From assembly GCA_963667465.2 (NCBI GenBank), contig CAXXDN010000002.1:704001-768000 (forward strand): a stretch of 64,000 nt of DNA. The letters run 5' to 3'. Shown one piece after another: positions 1 to 12,705 of this stretch (within the stretch, counting starts at the first letter, position 1; every line of letters starts with the position of its first letter). The notes under the pieces were generated by a model that saw nothing but the letters and a program-made list of their open reading frames with translations, was not told the DNA's origin and searched no databases. The position numbers and the translations under genes are program-made. The stretch comes from Dehalococcoidia bacterium (GTDB lineage Bacteria > Chloroflexota > Dehalococcoidia > UBA2979).

Positions 1-75
1 GGCTCGCACCCGTGGGACGACGCCGAGGCCGCGCGCGCGGCCCTGCGCGAGCGCTTTGCCGAGCCCGACGATTGA
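1..75 (+). CDS. 3' end of an upstream gene (partial)
   Basis: Frame 1 is open from the window edge (GSHPWDDAEAARAALRERFAEPDD*) with GC3-rich codons and TGA at 73-75. Confidence 0.5.
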   Translation, partial: GSHPWDDAEAARAALRERFAEPDD

Positions 76-135
76 CCATAGGCTGACTCCGGCTCGCGGG
101 AGCACCCGCACCGCTGCGCGAAGGGAACGTACGCG

Positions 136-1503
136 ATGACCACAGGAGCGCGAAGCCTCGATGACCAGGCGATCGCCGGCCTCGAGGCGACCGACCTCGC
201 ACACCTGCTTCACCCGCAGTACTACGCACCGGACCACACGCACCCGGTGATCTTCGACCACGGCGAGGGTGTGTGGCTCACCGACGTGCGCGGTCGCCGC
301 TACATCGATGGGCTCGCCTCGCTCTGGAACGTCGCCGTCGGCCACGGCCGCGCCGAACTGGCCGATGTGGCCGCCGAGCAGATGCGCAAGGCCGCCTTCA
401 CAAACAACTACACGGGCTACTCGAACGTCCCCGCCATCGAGCTGGCGGCGAAGCTGACCGGCGGCCTCGCCTACGACAACCTGCAGGGCGTGTTCTTCAC
501 CAACTCGGGCTCCGAGGCGAACGAGGGCGCCGCGAAGACGGCGCGCTTCTACTGGAACCTGCGCGGCCGGCCAGACAAGGTGAAGATCATCGCCCGCCCT
601 CGCTCCTACCACGGCGGCACGCTGCTCACGACGGCGATGACCGGCTTGCCCCCGTTCTGGAAGTACTTCGGCCCGCTCCCCGCCGAGGTCGTCCATACGG
701 CCGAGACCGAGGAGCCCTGCGAGTGCATGCCGAACGCCGATGGCGAGTGCGCCTGCTGGCTCGATGCGGTGATCGAGCGTGAGGGCGCCGAGACGATCGC
801 GGCGCTCATCGCCGAGCCGGTCAAGGGCGCCGGCGGCGTCTGGACGCCGTCCGACGACTATTTCGCGCAGGTGCGCGAGATCTGCGACCGCAACGAGATC
901 CTGTTCATCGCCGACGAGGTGATCACCGGCTACGGACGCACGGGCCACTGGTTCGCCCTCGATCGCTGGAATGTGCAGCCGGACATCATGACGATGTCGA
1001 AGGCGATCACTTCGGGCTACGTCCCGCTCGGCGGCTTCCTCGTGAGCGGCGAGGTCATGGACGCGCTGCAGGACCTGCCGCCGGATGCGCGCTTCATGCA
1101 CGCCTACACCAACAGCGCCCACCCGACGGCCTGCGCGGTCGCGCTGCGCAACCTGCAGATCATGGAGGACGAGCACCTGGTAGAGCACGCCGCCGCAATG
1201 GGCGAGCGCCTCGGCGCGGGTCTGGCCGCGGAGCTAGGCGACCACCCGCACGTCGACAACATCCGCCGCCTCGGCCTGATGGCCGGGCTCTCGCTGGTGC
1301 GCGACCGCGCCAGCGGCGAGCGCTTCGACCCGGGTGAGGGCACGGGCGGCCGCGTCGCGCGCCACATGCGCGAGGAGGGCAGTGTCATCACCCGCTTCGT
1401 CGTCGACGAGATCGTGATGGCCCCGCCGCTTGTCGTGCAGCCCGAGGAGATCGACCACATCGTCGCGGCCGTCGGTGCTGCCGTGCGCGCCGTGACGCAG
1501 TAG
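136..1503 (+). CDS. Class III PLP-dependent aminotransferase (omega-amine transaminase-like)
   Basis: Motifs FFTNSGSEANE, SYHGGT, IAEPVKG, FIADEVITGYGRTG, PDIMTMSKAITSGYVPLG. Confidence 0.93.
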   Translation: MTTGARSLDDQAIAGLEATDLAHLLHPQYYAPDHTHPVIFDHGEGVWLTDVRGRRYIDGLASLWNVAVGHGRAELADVAAEQMRKAAFTNNYTGYSNVPAIELAAKLTGGLAYDNLQGVFFTNSGSEANEGAAKTARFYWNLRGRPDKVKIIARPRSYHGGTLLTTAMTGLPPFWKYFGPLPAEVVHTAETEEPCECMPNADGECACWLDAVIEREGAETIAALIAEPVKGAGGVWTPSDDYFAQVREICDRNEILFIADEVITGYGRTGHWFALDRWNVQPDIMTMSKAITSGYVPLGGFLVSGEVMDALQDLPPDARFMHAYTNSAHPTACAVALRNLQIMEDEHLVEHAAAMGERLGAGLAAELGDHPHVDNIRRLGLMAGLSLVRDRASGERFDPGEGTGGRVARHMREEGSVITRFVVDEIVMAPPLVVQPEEIDHIVAAVGAAVRAVTQ

Positions 1504-1535
1504 CGGGACGGGCGATCGGGTCGCGGACCTCGGCG

Positions 1536-1952
1536 CTACCGACGCCGCGCCCGCGCGATGGCCTCGCGCACCGAAACGGCGACATCCGGAGCGCCTGCGA
1601 GGATCTCGCCATCCAGGGTCGCCAGCGTCACGCCGAGCGTGCGGGCCAGAACGACGAACTCCGCGTCGTAGGCAGAGAGCCCACACCCCAGCGCCGTGTC
1701 GATCACCCTGGCAGGTACGACGCTTGTGACGCGATCACCCAGCGCCAGCTCGGCTGAGTCGTACCGGGCTTTGGCCTGCGCTGCGTCCATGTCGCCGCGG
1801 CGTACGAACCCGAGCAGCACATTGCGCAGCTCACTCAAGGCGATCGTGGGTGCTGCCCATTCGGGGTCTCGTTCAAGCAGCAGGGCGGCGTCTGTATCGA
1901 CGTCCGCGACCACGAATAGCCGTACGAGTACGTTCGTGTCTACGACGATCAA
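1536..1952 (-). CDS. vapC: PIN-domain (VapC/FitB-like) toxin
   Basis: IVVDTNVL, SELRNVL, LSAYDAEFVVLA, TLD; overlaps the antitoxin stop (ATGA). Confidence 0.9.
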   Translation of the reverse strand: MIVVDTNVLVRLFVVADVDTDAALLLERDPEWAAPTIALSELRNVLLGFVRRGDMDAAQAKARYDSAELALGDRVTSVVPARVIDTALGCGLSAYDAEFVVLARTLGVTLATLDGEILAGAPDVAVSVREAIARARRR

Positions 1953-2191
1953 GGACGACCCGCGTCCCGCATCTCGCGGATGGTCTCGTCGCTCACGTCG
2001 ATGGGCCCAAGGGCCTCACGCTGCCGCCGGATTCGCTCAAGGAGTTCGGCCGTGTCGACCGTGTTGCCGCGAAGCGATGCCGTCAGCCTCTCCAGGATCT
2101 CCCCGTTCAGGCTACGGTGGTTGCGGCTCGCGGCCGACTTGAGCTCCCGGTGCACGTCCTCCGGAAGGCCGCGCAGCGCTACGTCCGGCAC
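1949..2191 (-). CDS. FitA/Arc-like ribbon-helix-helix antitoxin
   Basis: LRGLPEDVHRELKSAASRNHRSLNGEILERL is a typical RHH; lies directly upstream of the PIN gene. Confidence 0.88.
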   Translation of the reverse strand: MPDVALRGLPEDVHRELKSAASRNHRSLNGEILERLTASLRGNTVDTAELLERIRRQREALGPIDVSDETIREMRDAGRP

Positions 2192-2267
2192 GTGAGCCTC
2201 CTCATTGCGCTCGATGTCAGAATGATATCACAATGATGTCGCGCAACCGGCGACAGCCCAGGGCCCG

Positions 2268-2537
2268 CTACCCTGCCGCAGCTGCCTCCGTGACCTCGAG
2301 GGCGAAGTCCTCGATGACCGGGTTGGCGAGCAGGCGCTCGCACATCTCGCGGGCCGCTGCCTCGGCGGCGCCGGCGTCGGCAGCCTCGAGGGTGACCTCG
2401 ATGCGTTTGCCAACGCGGACCTCGCGCACGCTGTCGAAGCCGAGGTTGCGCAGGCCGTCGGCGACGGCGAGGCCCTGCGGGTCGTTGACCAGCGGCTTCA
2501 GCATCACGTCGATGCGCGCGATGTAGGACTGCGTCAC
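2268..2537 (-). CDS. purS: Phosphoribosylformylglycinamidine synthase subunit PurS
   Basis: LKPLVNDPQG, VRVGK, MCERLLANPVIEDF. Confidence 0.96.
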   Translation of the reverse strand: MTQSYIARIDVMLKPLVNDPQGLAVADGLRNLGFDSVREVRVGKRIEVTLEAADAGAAEAAAREMCERLLANPVIEDFALEVTEAAAAG

Positions 2538-3439
2538 GCGGTCGTCCCCGGTAGCGGCTCCCCGGTGATCAGCCGGTAGGCCTCGGTGTAGCGCTCGGAG
2601 CTGGCCGCGACGACCTCGGGTGGCAGTTCTGGTGCGGGCGGCTCGCGGTTCCAGCCGGCGTTGGTCAGCCAGTCACGCACGTACTGCTTGTCGAACGAGG
2701 GCTGGTCGCGGCCCGGCTGGTACTGGTCGGCCGGCCAGAAGCGCGAGGAGTCCGGGGTCAGAACCTCGTCGATCAGCGTGATCTCGCCGTCGAGCAAGCC
2801 GAACTCGAACTTCGTGTCCGCGATGATCACGCCGCGCTCGCGCGCGGCGCCCGCGGCGTAGCCGTAGAGCGCCAGCGAGCGGAGCTTCAGCACGTTGGCC
2901 GTGTCCGGGCCGACGAACTCCTCGACCTCCTCGTAGGTCATCGGCATGTCGTGACCCTCGGCGGCCTTGGTCGTGGGGGTGAAGAGCGGGTCGACGAGTT
3001 GCTGTGCCTCCTGCAGCCCCTCCGGCAGCTCGATGCCGCAGACGGAGCCGGAGCGCTGGTACTCGGCCCAGCCGGAGCCCACGAGGTAGCCGCGCACGAC
3101 GCACTCGACGAGGATCGGCTCGGCCTTGCGCACCACCATCGAGCGCCCGACCAGCCTCGGGTCGTCGGGTGCGCCGTAGGCCGCCGCAGCGCCCGCCTCG
3201 AGGACCGCCACCATGTGGTTGGGCACCACGCTGGCGGTGCGGTCGAACCAGTGCGAGGAGAGCCGCGTCAGCACCTCGCCCTTGTGCGGGATGCCGTTCG
3301 GCATCACCACGTCGTAGGCGGAGATGCGATCGGTGGCAACCATCAGCAGGCGGTCGTCCGGGAGATCGTAGAGCTCGCGCACCTTGCCTTCGTGCACCTT
3401 GCCCGCCAGGTCCGTCCCGAGCAGTGGAGCCGTTGCCAT
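2534..3439 (-). CDS. purC: SAICAR synthetase
   Basis: GKVRELY, TDRISAYD, ECVVRGYL, IADTKFEFG, DEVLTPDSSRFW, SFDKQYVRDWL. Confidence 0.97.
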   Translation of the reverse strand: MATAPLLGTDLAGKVHEGKVRELYDLPDDRLLMVATDRISAYDVVMPNGIPHKGEVLTRLSSHWFDRTASVVPNHMVAVLEAGAAAAYGAPDDPRLVGRSMVVRKAEPILVECVVRGYLVGSGWAEYQRSGSVCGIELPEGLQEAQQLVDPLFTPTTKAAEGHDMPMTYEEVEEFVGPDTANVLKLRSLALYGYAAGAARERGVIIADTKFEFGLLDGEITLIDEVLTPDSSRFWPADQYQPGRDQPSFDKQYVRDWLTNAGWNREPPAPELPPEVVAASSERYTEAYRLITGEPLPGTTA

Positions 3440-3463
3440 TCGTTACTCCGTTCCTGGTCGCGT

Positions 3464-4759
<1,296 letters not shown>

Positions 4760-4786
4760 GGGGCGGCTCCGCGACCGGATACGGGA

Positions 4787-5125
4787 TCAGTCATCGGCAA
4801 AATCCTCGCGTACGGGCGAGAAGACCTCGATCAGCGTGGCGTCCTCGAGGGCCACGACGTGGTGCGGTACATCGCCGGGGATGAGGTACGAGGAGCCGGG
4901 GCCGAGCTCGGACTCGACGGGTCCGATGCGGAAGCGGACGCGGCCCGCGGCGACGTGCCCGGCCTGCTCGTGCGGGTGCGTGTGCTCCGGCACCTCGGCG
5001 TCCGGCTCGAGCTGGATCTCGACGAAGGTGAGGCGGTCGCCGGAGACAAGCGTGCGGCGTGTCACGCCGGGAAACTGCGCTACGGGGTTGAGGTTCTCGT
5101 ACCCGCGGATCCGGATCTCGCTCAT
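4787..5125 (-). CDS. Cupin domain protein
   Basis: PEHTHPHEQAG and IPGDVPH cupin motifs, EVFSPVREDF; ATG at 5125 follows GGGAG. Confidence 0.88.
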   Translation of the reverse strand: MSEIRIRGYENLNPVAQFPGVTRRTLVSGDRLTFVEIQLEPDAEVPEHTHPHEQAGHVAAGRVRFRIGPVESELGPGSSYLIPGDVPHHVVALEDATLIEVFSPVREDFADD

Positions 5126-5150
5126 CGCGCTGCTCCCGCCTCGCTTGCGG

Positions 5151-5618
5151 CTAGCGCCGCGCCTGCTCCTCACGATACGACGCCAGCGCCGTTGCGATCT
5201 CCGGGTGCGAGAGCGCGAGGATGCGCGCGGCGTAGACAGCGGCGTTGCGCGCTCCCCAACTGCCGATACTCATCGCCGCCACCGGCACCCCGGGCGGCAT
5301 CTGCGCGATCGCGTAGAGCGCGTCCACGCCGTTCAGCGGGGACGACGCGATCGGCACGCCGATCACGGGCAGCGGGCTGTAGGCCGCGGCCACGCCGGGC
5401 AGCGCCGCTGCTCCGCCCGCGGCCGCGATGAGCACCTCGAAGCCCGCGCCGGCGGCGCCGAGGCAGAACTCGCGAACCGCGTCGGGAGTGCGGTGCGCCG
5501 ACATCACATGTTGTTCGTAGGGGATGCCGAGGCGTTCCAGTAACTGGCCGCAGCCCGCCATCTCGTCCTCGTCCGAGGCCGATCCCATCACGATCGCGAC
5601 CAGTGCGCCGTCAGCCAT
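5151..5618 (-). CDS. purE: N5-CAIR mutase PurE
   Basis: AIVMGSASD, VMSAHRTP, IAAAGGAAALPG, LPVIGVP, QMPPGVPVA. Confidence 0.96.
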   Translation of the reverse strand: MADGALVAIVMGSASDEDEMAGCGQLLERLGIPYEQHVMSAHRTPDAVREFCLGAAGAGFEVLIAAAGGAAALPGVAAAYSPLPVIGVPIASSPLNGVDALYAIAQMPPGVPVAAMSIGSWGARNAAVYAARILALSHPEIATALASYREEQARR

Positions 5619-5680
5619 CAGTCCATCCCCCATCCGCGGCTCTTGTCTGCCGCTCCTGTCTTCAGCCTCTCACGCTCGCC

Positions 5681-6118
5681 TCAGGCCGGCCGCATCGAGC
5701 CGCCGCCGAGGATCGGGTCCGGTCCGGCGATCAGCTGCGCGAGTTCGCGGCTCGCGGCCGAGCGCTCGTGGCGGTCGCCGAAGGCTGCCCCGCGCCGGCC
5801 GCCAGCCTCGATCACCACGTGCAGCCGCTGCCGCACGATCCCGGCGAGCGGCTCCAGTTTGGCGGCGCGAAGGCGGCGGCGGACCTCCTCGTCGCTCGCG
5901 CGCACGTTGCGGATTACGAACTCGCGATCGCCGTCGAGGCCATAGATCACCGCCTCGACCATGGCCGCCTCGCTCTCGCCCTCCTCAGGCCAGATCGCGA
6001 CGAAATGGATGCACGGTTCGCTCGTGCGTGTGCCCGTCGTGGACCAGAACTCGGACTCGAGGGCGCGGCGACACTCGGGCATCGGACAGCGCAGCGGGCT
6101 CGGGTCGCGCGTCGTCAT
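5681..6118 (-). CDS. Hypothetical protein with a putative CxxxxC...CxH metal site
   Basis: ATG overlaps the purD stop (ATGA); reads MTTRDPSPLRCPMPEC...PCIHFVAIW with coding-like codon usage. Confidence 0.7.
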   Translation of the reverse strand: MTTRDPSPLRCPMPECRRALESEFWSTTGTRTSEPCIHFVAIWPEEGESEAAMVEAVIYGLDGDREFVIRNVRASDEEVRRRLRAAKLEPLAGIVRQRLHVVIEAGGRRGAAFGDRHERSAASRELAQLIAGPDPILGGGSMRPA

Positions 6119-7404
6119 GCGCCGCCGTCCGTTTCGCCTTCGCGTGCGCCGATGTCGGTGCGGTAGTGCGCGCCCTCGAAGCTGATGCCGCGCACGCGCT
6201 CGTAAGCGCGCTCGCGTGCCTCGCCGAGGCTCGAGCCGCTGGCGACGACGCAGAGCACCCGGCCACCGGCGGTCCGCAGCGCGCCGGCCGCGTCCCGCTG
6301 TGCGCCCGCGAGGAAGACCTGCACCCCGTAGTCCGAACCCCCGACGCCGCTGATCGGGACGCCGGTCTCGTAGCTGCCTGGATAGCCTCGGGAGGCCATC
6401 ACCACGCCGACGGTGGCCTCGTCCGACCACTCCACTCCGACGTCGGCGAGGCGGCCGTGCGCGACGGCCTCGCAGATCTGGAGCAGGTCCGAGCGCAGGC
6501 GGGGCAGCAGCGCCTCCGTCTCCGGGTCGCCGAAGCGACAGTTGAACTCGATCACCTTCGGGCCTTCCGCGGTCATCATCATGCCGGGGTAGAGCACGCC
6601 CCGGTACTCGCGGCCGGAGGCGGTGAGGGCGGCGACGGCGCGCTCGGTCACCTCGCACTCGATGCGCCTCGCAGCGTCCTCCGCGAGCCAGCCGGGCGGC
6701 GAGTACACGCCCATGCCGCCGGTGTTCGGGCCGCGGTCGCCGTCGAAGACCGGCTTGTGATCGCAGCTGAACGGCATATGCGCGACGGCCGTGCCGTCGG
6801 TGAAGGCGTGCGCCGAGACCTCCGGGCCGCGCAGCCGCTGCTCGATCAGCACCCGCGCGCCGGACTCGCCGAAGGCGCGCTCCAGCATCGCCTCCTCGAT
6901 CGCCGCGAGGGCCTCCTGCGGGGTGTCGCAGACGGTGACGCCCTTGCCGGCGGCGAGGCCGTCAGCCTTAACGACGTGCTCGCCGCCGAAACGACGCACG
7001 TAGTGCAGCGCGGCCTCGGGGTCGTCGAAGGTGGCGGCGTGGCCGGTCTCGATGCCGGCGTCGGCCATCAGTTCCTTCGCGAAGGACTTCGACCACTCGA
7101 GCTCCGCCCCCGCGCGCGACGGCCCGAAGGCCGGGACGCCCTCGGCGCGCAGCGCGTCGGTGACGCCTGCCGCAAGCGGCGCCTCCGGCCCGACGATCAC
7201 GAGGTCCGCGCGCAGCCTCTCCGCAGCCGTGACGATGGCGGCGCCGTCGTTCTCGTCGAGATCGGGAAGGTTCTCGCCGTACGTGGCCGTGCCGGCGTTG
7301 CCCGGCGCGCTCGTGAGGCTGCCGAGGCGCGGCGACTGTGCGAGCTTCCAGGCGATCGCGTGCTCGCGCCCGCCACCGCCGAGCAGAAGGACGTTCGTGC
7401 TCAT
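6115..7404 (-). CDS. purD: Phosphoribosylamine-glycine ligase
   Basis: LLGGGGREHAIAWKL, APGNAG, VGPEAPL, VKADGLAAGKGV, GPNTGGMG, EFNCRFGDPE. Confidence 0.97.
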   Translation of the reverse strand: MSTNVLLLGGGGREHAIAWKLAQSPRLGSLTSAPGNAGTATYGENLPDLDENDGAAIVTAAERLRADLVIVGPEAPLAAGVTDALRAEGVPAFGPSRAGAELEWSKSFAKELMADAGIETGHAATFDDPEAALHYVRRFGGEHVVKADGLAAGKGVTVCDTPQEALAAIEEAMLERAFGESGARVLIEQRLRGPEVSAHAFTDGTAVAHMPFSCDHKPVFDGDRGPNTGGMGVYSPPGWLAEDAARRIECEVTERAVAALTASGREYRGVLYPGMMMTAEGPKVIEFNCRFGDPETEALLPRLRSDLLQICEAVAHGRLADVGVEWSDEATVGVVMASRGYPGSYETGVPISGVGGSDYGVQVFLAGAQRDAAGALRTAGGRVLCVVASGSSLGEARERAYERVRGISFEGAHYRTDIGAREGETDGGA

Positions 7405-7426
7405 CGCGCCGCGAGCCTCACTCCGC

Positions 7427-9106
<1,680 letters not shown>

Positions 9107-9143
9107 CGCGCCCTTGGCTGGGTGGGGAGTTTGTCAGGACGTG

Positions 9144-9172
9144 ATCCTATCGGCGCACCCGAGCCGGGTCAA
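9144..9172 (-). promoter_or_regulatory. Sigma70-type promoter of the guaA-pur operon
   Basis: Minus strand reads TTGACC-N17-TAGGAT, about 38 nt upstream of the guaA start. Confidence 0.6.
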
Positions 9173-9236
9173 CGACACTGGCCGCGCGGGCCTATACTCG
9201 CGGCAAGAATTGGCTGACGAGCGAGAGGTGACGAGG

Positions 9237-10373
9237 ATGGCGAGCACGGCCCCCCGGACCGCGGAGCACATGACCGCGGCAGCGACGGACTTCCTCGAAG
9301 CCCTCGACCAGGACCAGCGTGCGCTCGCGATGCTGCCCTTCGACGACGAGGCGGAACGCCAGACCTGGCACTACACGCCGATCGAGCGCTGCGGCCTGAC
9401 GCTCAACGAGATGCGCCCGCAGCAGCGCCGCCTCGCGATGCGGCTGATGGGCTCCGGGCTGAGCATGGGCGGCTTCGTCACCGCCAGCACGATCATTGGC
9501 CTGGAGGCCACGCTCGAGGGCCTCGACGGCTGGCCCTCGCGAGCCTACGCGGAGACGCGGCCGGACGTGCCGTTCCGCGACCCGGGGATGTACTACGCCG
9601 CGGTCTTCGGCGAGCCCGGCGGCGAGGCGCCGTGGAGCTGGCGGATCGGCGGCCACCATGTCGCCCTGCAATACACGATCGCCGGCGGCAGGATCGTCAG
9701 CCCCACGCCGACCTTCTTCGGCGCACACCCCGCCGAGGCACGGCAGGTCGGCGCGCACTCGCTGCGCCCGCTCGCCGCCGAGGAGGATCTCGCCCGCGAG
9801 TTGCTGCACGCCCTCGACGAGGAGCAGCGCGCCACGGCGGTGATCTCGCCCGCCGCACCCACCGACATCATGCAGTCGAACCGCCCTCGGGTGCTCGACG
9901 GCGCGTACAACATCCCGCTCGCCGAGCTGATGGACCGCAAGGAGCCGGCACGCACCGAGGCCTATGAGCGCGAGGCGCGGCAACGCGCCGCACTCGGCCT
10001 CACCGACGAGTTGATCGAGGTGCTGCGCTACTCCTCGACGGACCCGCGCGGCCTCGCGGCCTCGGCGCTGGGCGCGCCGCAGCGCGAGCTGCTGACGGCG
10101 CTCGTGCGCCAGTACGTCGACCGCATGCCTGAAGAGATCGCGGAGCTCGAGTGGGCGAAGCTCACCGGCGGTACCTTCGACGCGATCCACTTCGCCTGGG
10201 CCGGGCCGCCGGACCGCGGCCAGCCGCACTACTACCGGCTGCAGGGGCCGCGCTTCCTGATCGAGTTCGACAACGTGCAGAGCGACGTGAACCACATCCA
10301 CTCGGTCTGGCGTGACCCGGAGGGCGACTTCGGCGCGGACATCCTCGCGCAGCACTACGCGCACGCGCACTAG
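9237..10373 (+). CDS. DUF3500 domain protein
   Basis: WHYTP, RDPGMYY..VFGEP, WSWRIGGHHVAL, FAWAG, HYYRLQGPRFLIEFDN, NHIHSVWRD..GDFG. Confidence 0.88.
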   Translation: MASTAPRTAEHMTAAATDFLEALDQDQRALAMLPFDDEAERQTWHYTPIERCGLTLNEMRPQQRRLAMRLMGSGLSMGGFVTASTIIGLEATLEGLDGWPSRAYAETRPDVPFRDPGMYYAAVFGEPGGEAPWSWRIGGHHVALQYTIAGGRIVSPTPTFFGAHPAEARQVGAHSLRPLAAEEDLARELLHALDEEQRATAVISPAAPTDIMQSNRPRVLDGAYNIPLAELMDRKEPARTEAYEREARQRAALGLTDELIEVLRYSSTDPRGLAASALGAPQRELLTALVRQYVDRMPEEIAELEWAKLTGGTFDAIHFAWAGPPDRGQPHYYRLQGPRFLIEFDNVQSDVNHIHSVWRDPEGDFGADILAQHYAHAH

Positions 10374-10381
10374 CCGCGTCC

Positions 10382-10996
10382 GTGACCCCTCCGGATGACT
10401 CTGCCCGCGTCGAGGAGATCGCCGCCGCGATCCTTGCGGGCGAGGTTGTCGCGATCCCGACGGACACCGTCTACGGCCTCGCCGCGCTGCCCGACGACGA
10501 GGCGGCGCTGCGCGCGCTGGCGGAGCTGAAGGGGCGGCCGGAGGGCCAACCCTTCGCCGTGCTGTTCGACAACATCGAGGCGATCCGCGCCTCGGTCGAA
10601 AATCCGGACGCCCTCGACGCGCTCGGCCCGTTCTGGCCGGGGCCGCTCACGGCAGTCGTGCGCGTGGCGCGATCGTCGCCCCACGCCTTCGTCGAGCCCG
10701 CCGTCACGCCGGAAGGCACGATCGGCCTGCGCATGCCGGACGACGCGATCGCCCTCGCTGTGATCCGCGCCTGCGGCGGCGCGCTCGCCGTGACGAGCGC
10801 GAACCTGAGTGGCGAGCCGCCCGCGGAGAGCGCCGCCGAGGCCGCCGCGATGTTCGGCGACGCGCTCCCGATCCTCGACGGCGGCCCGCGCCGCCGCCCA
10901 CCGTCGACGGTCATCGACCTCACTGCCCGCCCGCCCACCGTGTTGCGCGAAGGCCCGATCGACCCTGCGGCGCTGCTCGCGGCGCTGGAGGCGTAG
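10382..10996 (+). CDS. tsaC: L-threonylcarbamoyladenylate synthase (Sua5/YrdC)
   Basis: IPTDTVYGL, LKGRP, FWPGPLT, GLRMP, TSANLSG, PSTVID, LREG. Confidence 0.93.
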   Translation: MTPPDDSARVEEIAAAILAGEVVAIPTDTVYGLAALPDDEAALRALAELKGRPEGQPFAVLFDNIEAIRASVENPDALDALGPFWPGPLTAVVRVARSSPHAFVEPAVTPEGTIGLRMPDDAIALAVIRACGGALAVTSANLSGEPPAESAAEAAAMFGDALPILDGGPRRRPPSTVIDLTARPPTVLREGPIDPAALLAALEA

Positions 10997-11000
10997 GCGC

Positions 11001-12701
11001 GTGAGCCTGCCCTCGATCGGGGATCTGCCCGCGGCGCAGCGGCGGATCATCCGTGCCTGGTGCATGTACGACTGGGCGAACTCGGCGTTCGCCACCAGCG
11101 TCGCCGCGATCCTCCCCGTCTACTTCGTGCACCTCTTCAAGGACTCGCTGGGCGAGAGCGAGGTGTTCCTCGGGATCACCTTCACGGGCAGCTCGATGTG
11201 GAGCCTCGGCGTGGCGATCTCGACGGCGATCGTCGCCTTCTCCAGCCCGCTAATCGGCGTGATCGCGGACCGCGCGCCGATCCGCAAAGGGCTGCTCTGG
11301 GCCTACACGAGCATCGGCTCGGTTTGCACGCTGTTGGCCTTCTTCTCGGCCTTCGCGCCCGAGCCCTGGTTGTGGCTGTTCGTGGTGTACACGATCGCCA
11401 ATATCGGGTTCGCCGGCGGGCTGGTCTTCTACAACTCGTTTCTGCCCCACCTCAGCCCGAGGCATCTGCTGGACGACGTCAGCAGCCGCGGCTACGCCTT
11501 CGGCTACGCGGGCGGCGGGCTGATCCTCGTCGCGCACCTCGCGCTGATCCTCGCGGCCCGCGGCACGGACTTCGAGGATCTCGCCACCCGCATCGCCATC
11601 GCCTCCGTCGGCGTGTGGTGGTTTGGCTGGGCGATCTGGACACTGCGGGTCGTGCCGGAGCCGCCGGTCAGGCGACTTGCCGGGGGTCTCAGCGGCGCGG
11701 CGGCGGTCTCGACGGCGCTCCGGGAGCTCGGCCAGACGTTCCGTGAGCTCAGGCGTTTCCGGGTCGTGCTCGTATTCCTGGCGGCGTTCCTGCTGTTCAA
11801 CGACGGCGTGCAAACGGTGCTCGCGATCGCCGGGGCGTTCGCCGCCGATACGCTGGGCATCACGCTCGCGTTCAACATGGCGACGATCGCGATCATCCAG
11901 TTCGTCGCCGTGCCCGGCGCGCTCGCCTTCGGCCGGCTCGCCGAACGCATCGCGACGAAGCGGGCGCTGATCGTCGCGCTGCTCGGCTGGATTGTGATCG
12001 TGCTCTTCGGCGTCGCGCTCGCCCCGCTCACGCCGACCGCGCACGCAGACCACGACTTCCAGCTCGGCTACCGGCAGGCGTCGGGCGACTACATCGTCGA
12101 GGCAGCCCCGGACCTCGACGACCCGTTCGAGCTGCGCTGGCAGGGCGAGTACTGGACGATCGAGGAGGGCGTCGTGCTCGGCGCGGGCGCGCTCGCCAAC
12201 CTGCCGGAGGCGATCCGGGAGTCCGAGGACGTGGAGTACAGCCTCGCGATCCGTGGAGGGGGGATGGACGGCGCATCCGCCCTCGGCCCGGCCCACCCCT
12301 CGCTGCTGGGGGAGGGTCCGCTCGACTGGTGGCCCTCGTTGGTTCGGGGGCTGCTCTGGGAGCCGCTCGGTATCGCCATCGGCTACCAGTGGCTGCTAGT
12401 CGGCGTCTCGGTGGGGCTGGTCATCGGCGGCAGTCAGGCGCTGGCGAGGAGCCTCTACGCGCAGATCACGCCGGAGCGGCGGAGCGGCGAATTCTTCGCC
12501 TTCTTCGGCTTCATGAGCCGCGCCTCGTCCGTGTTCGGCCCGACGATCTACATCGTCGCGACCGCCGTGTTCGACACCCGCGTCGCGGTCACCTCGATCC
12601 TGCTGATCATCATCGCCGGCACCATCGTGCTGCGCTGGGTTGACGTAACCGAGGGCGTCCGCGTCGCCGCCGAGGAGGATGCGCGGATGGCGGGCGCGTG
12701 A
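11001..12701 (+). CDS. MFS transporter (UMF1/Atg22-like) with a large loop insertion
   Basis: AWCMYDWANSAF, FYNSFLP, SSRGYAFGYAGG, FNDGVQT, GGSQALARSLYA, GEFFAF; multiple transmembrane segments. Confidence 0.9.
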   Translation: MSLPSIGDLPAAQRRIIRAWCMYDWANSAFATSVAAILPVYFVHLFKDSLGESEVFLGITFTGSSMWSLGVAISTAIVAFSSPLIGVIADRAPIRKGLLWAYTSIGSVCTLLAFFSAFAPEPWLWLFVVYTIANIGFAGGLVFYNSFLPHLSPRHLLDDVSSRGYAFGYAGGGLILVAHLALILAARGTDFEDLATRIAIASVGVWWFGWAIWTLRVVPEPPVRRLAGGLSGAAAVSTALRELGQTFRELRRFRVVLVFLAAFLLFNDGVQTVLAIAGAFAADTLGITLAFNMATIAIIQFVAVPGALAFGRLAERIATKRALIVALLGWIVIVLFGVALAPLTPTAHADHDFQLGYRQASGDYIVEAAPDLDDPFELRWQGEYWTIEEGVVLGAGALANLPEAIRESEDVEYSLAIRGGGMDGASALGPAHPSLLGEGPLDWWPSLVRGLLWEPLGIAIGYQWLLVGVSVGLVIGGSQALARSLYAQITPERRSGEFFAFFGFMSRASSVFGPTIYIVATAVFDTRVAVTSILLIIIAGTIVLRWVDVTEGVRVAAEEDARMAGA

Positions 12702-12705
12702 CCGG

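Noticed and set aside
9107-9236. Purine or ZTP riboswitch ahead of guaA-pur
   Set aside because: The predicted 5' UTR is only about 30 nt and no aptamer consensus is visible.
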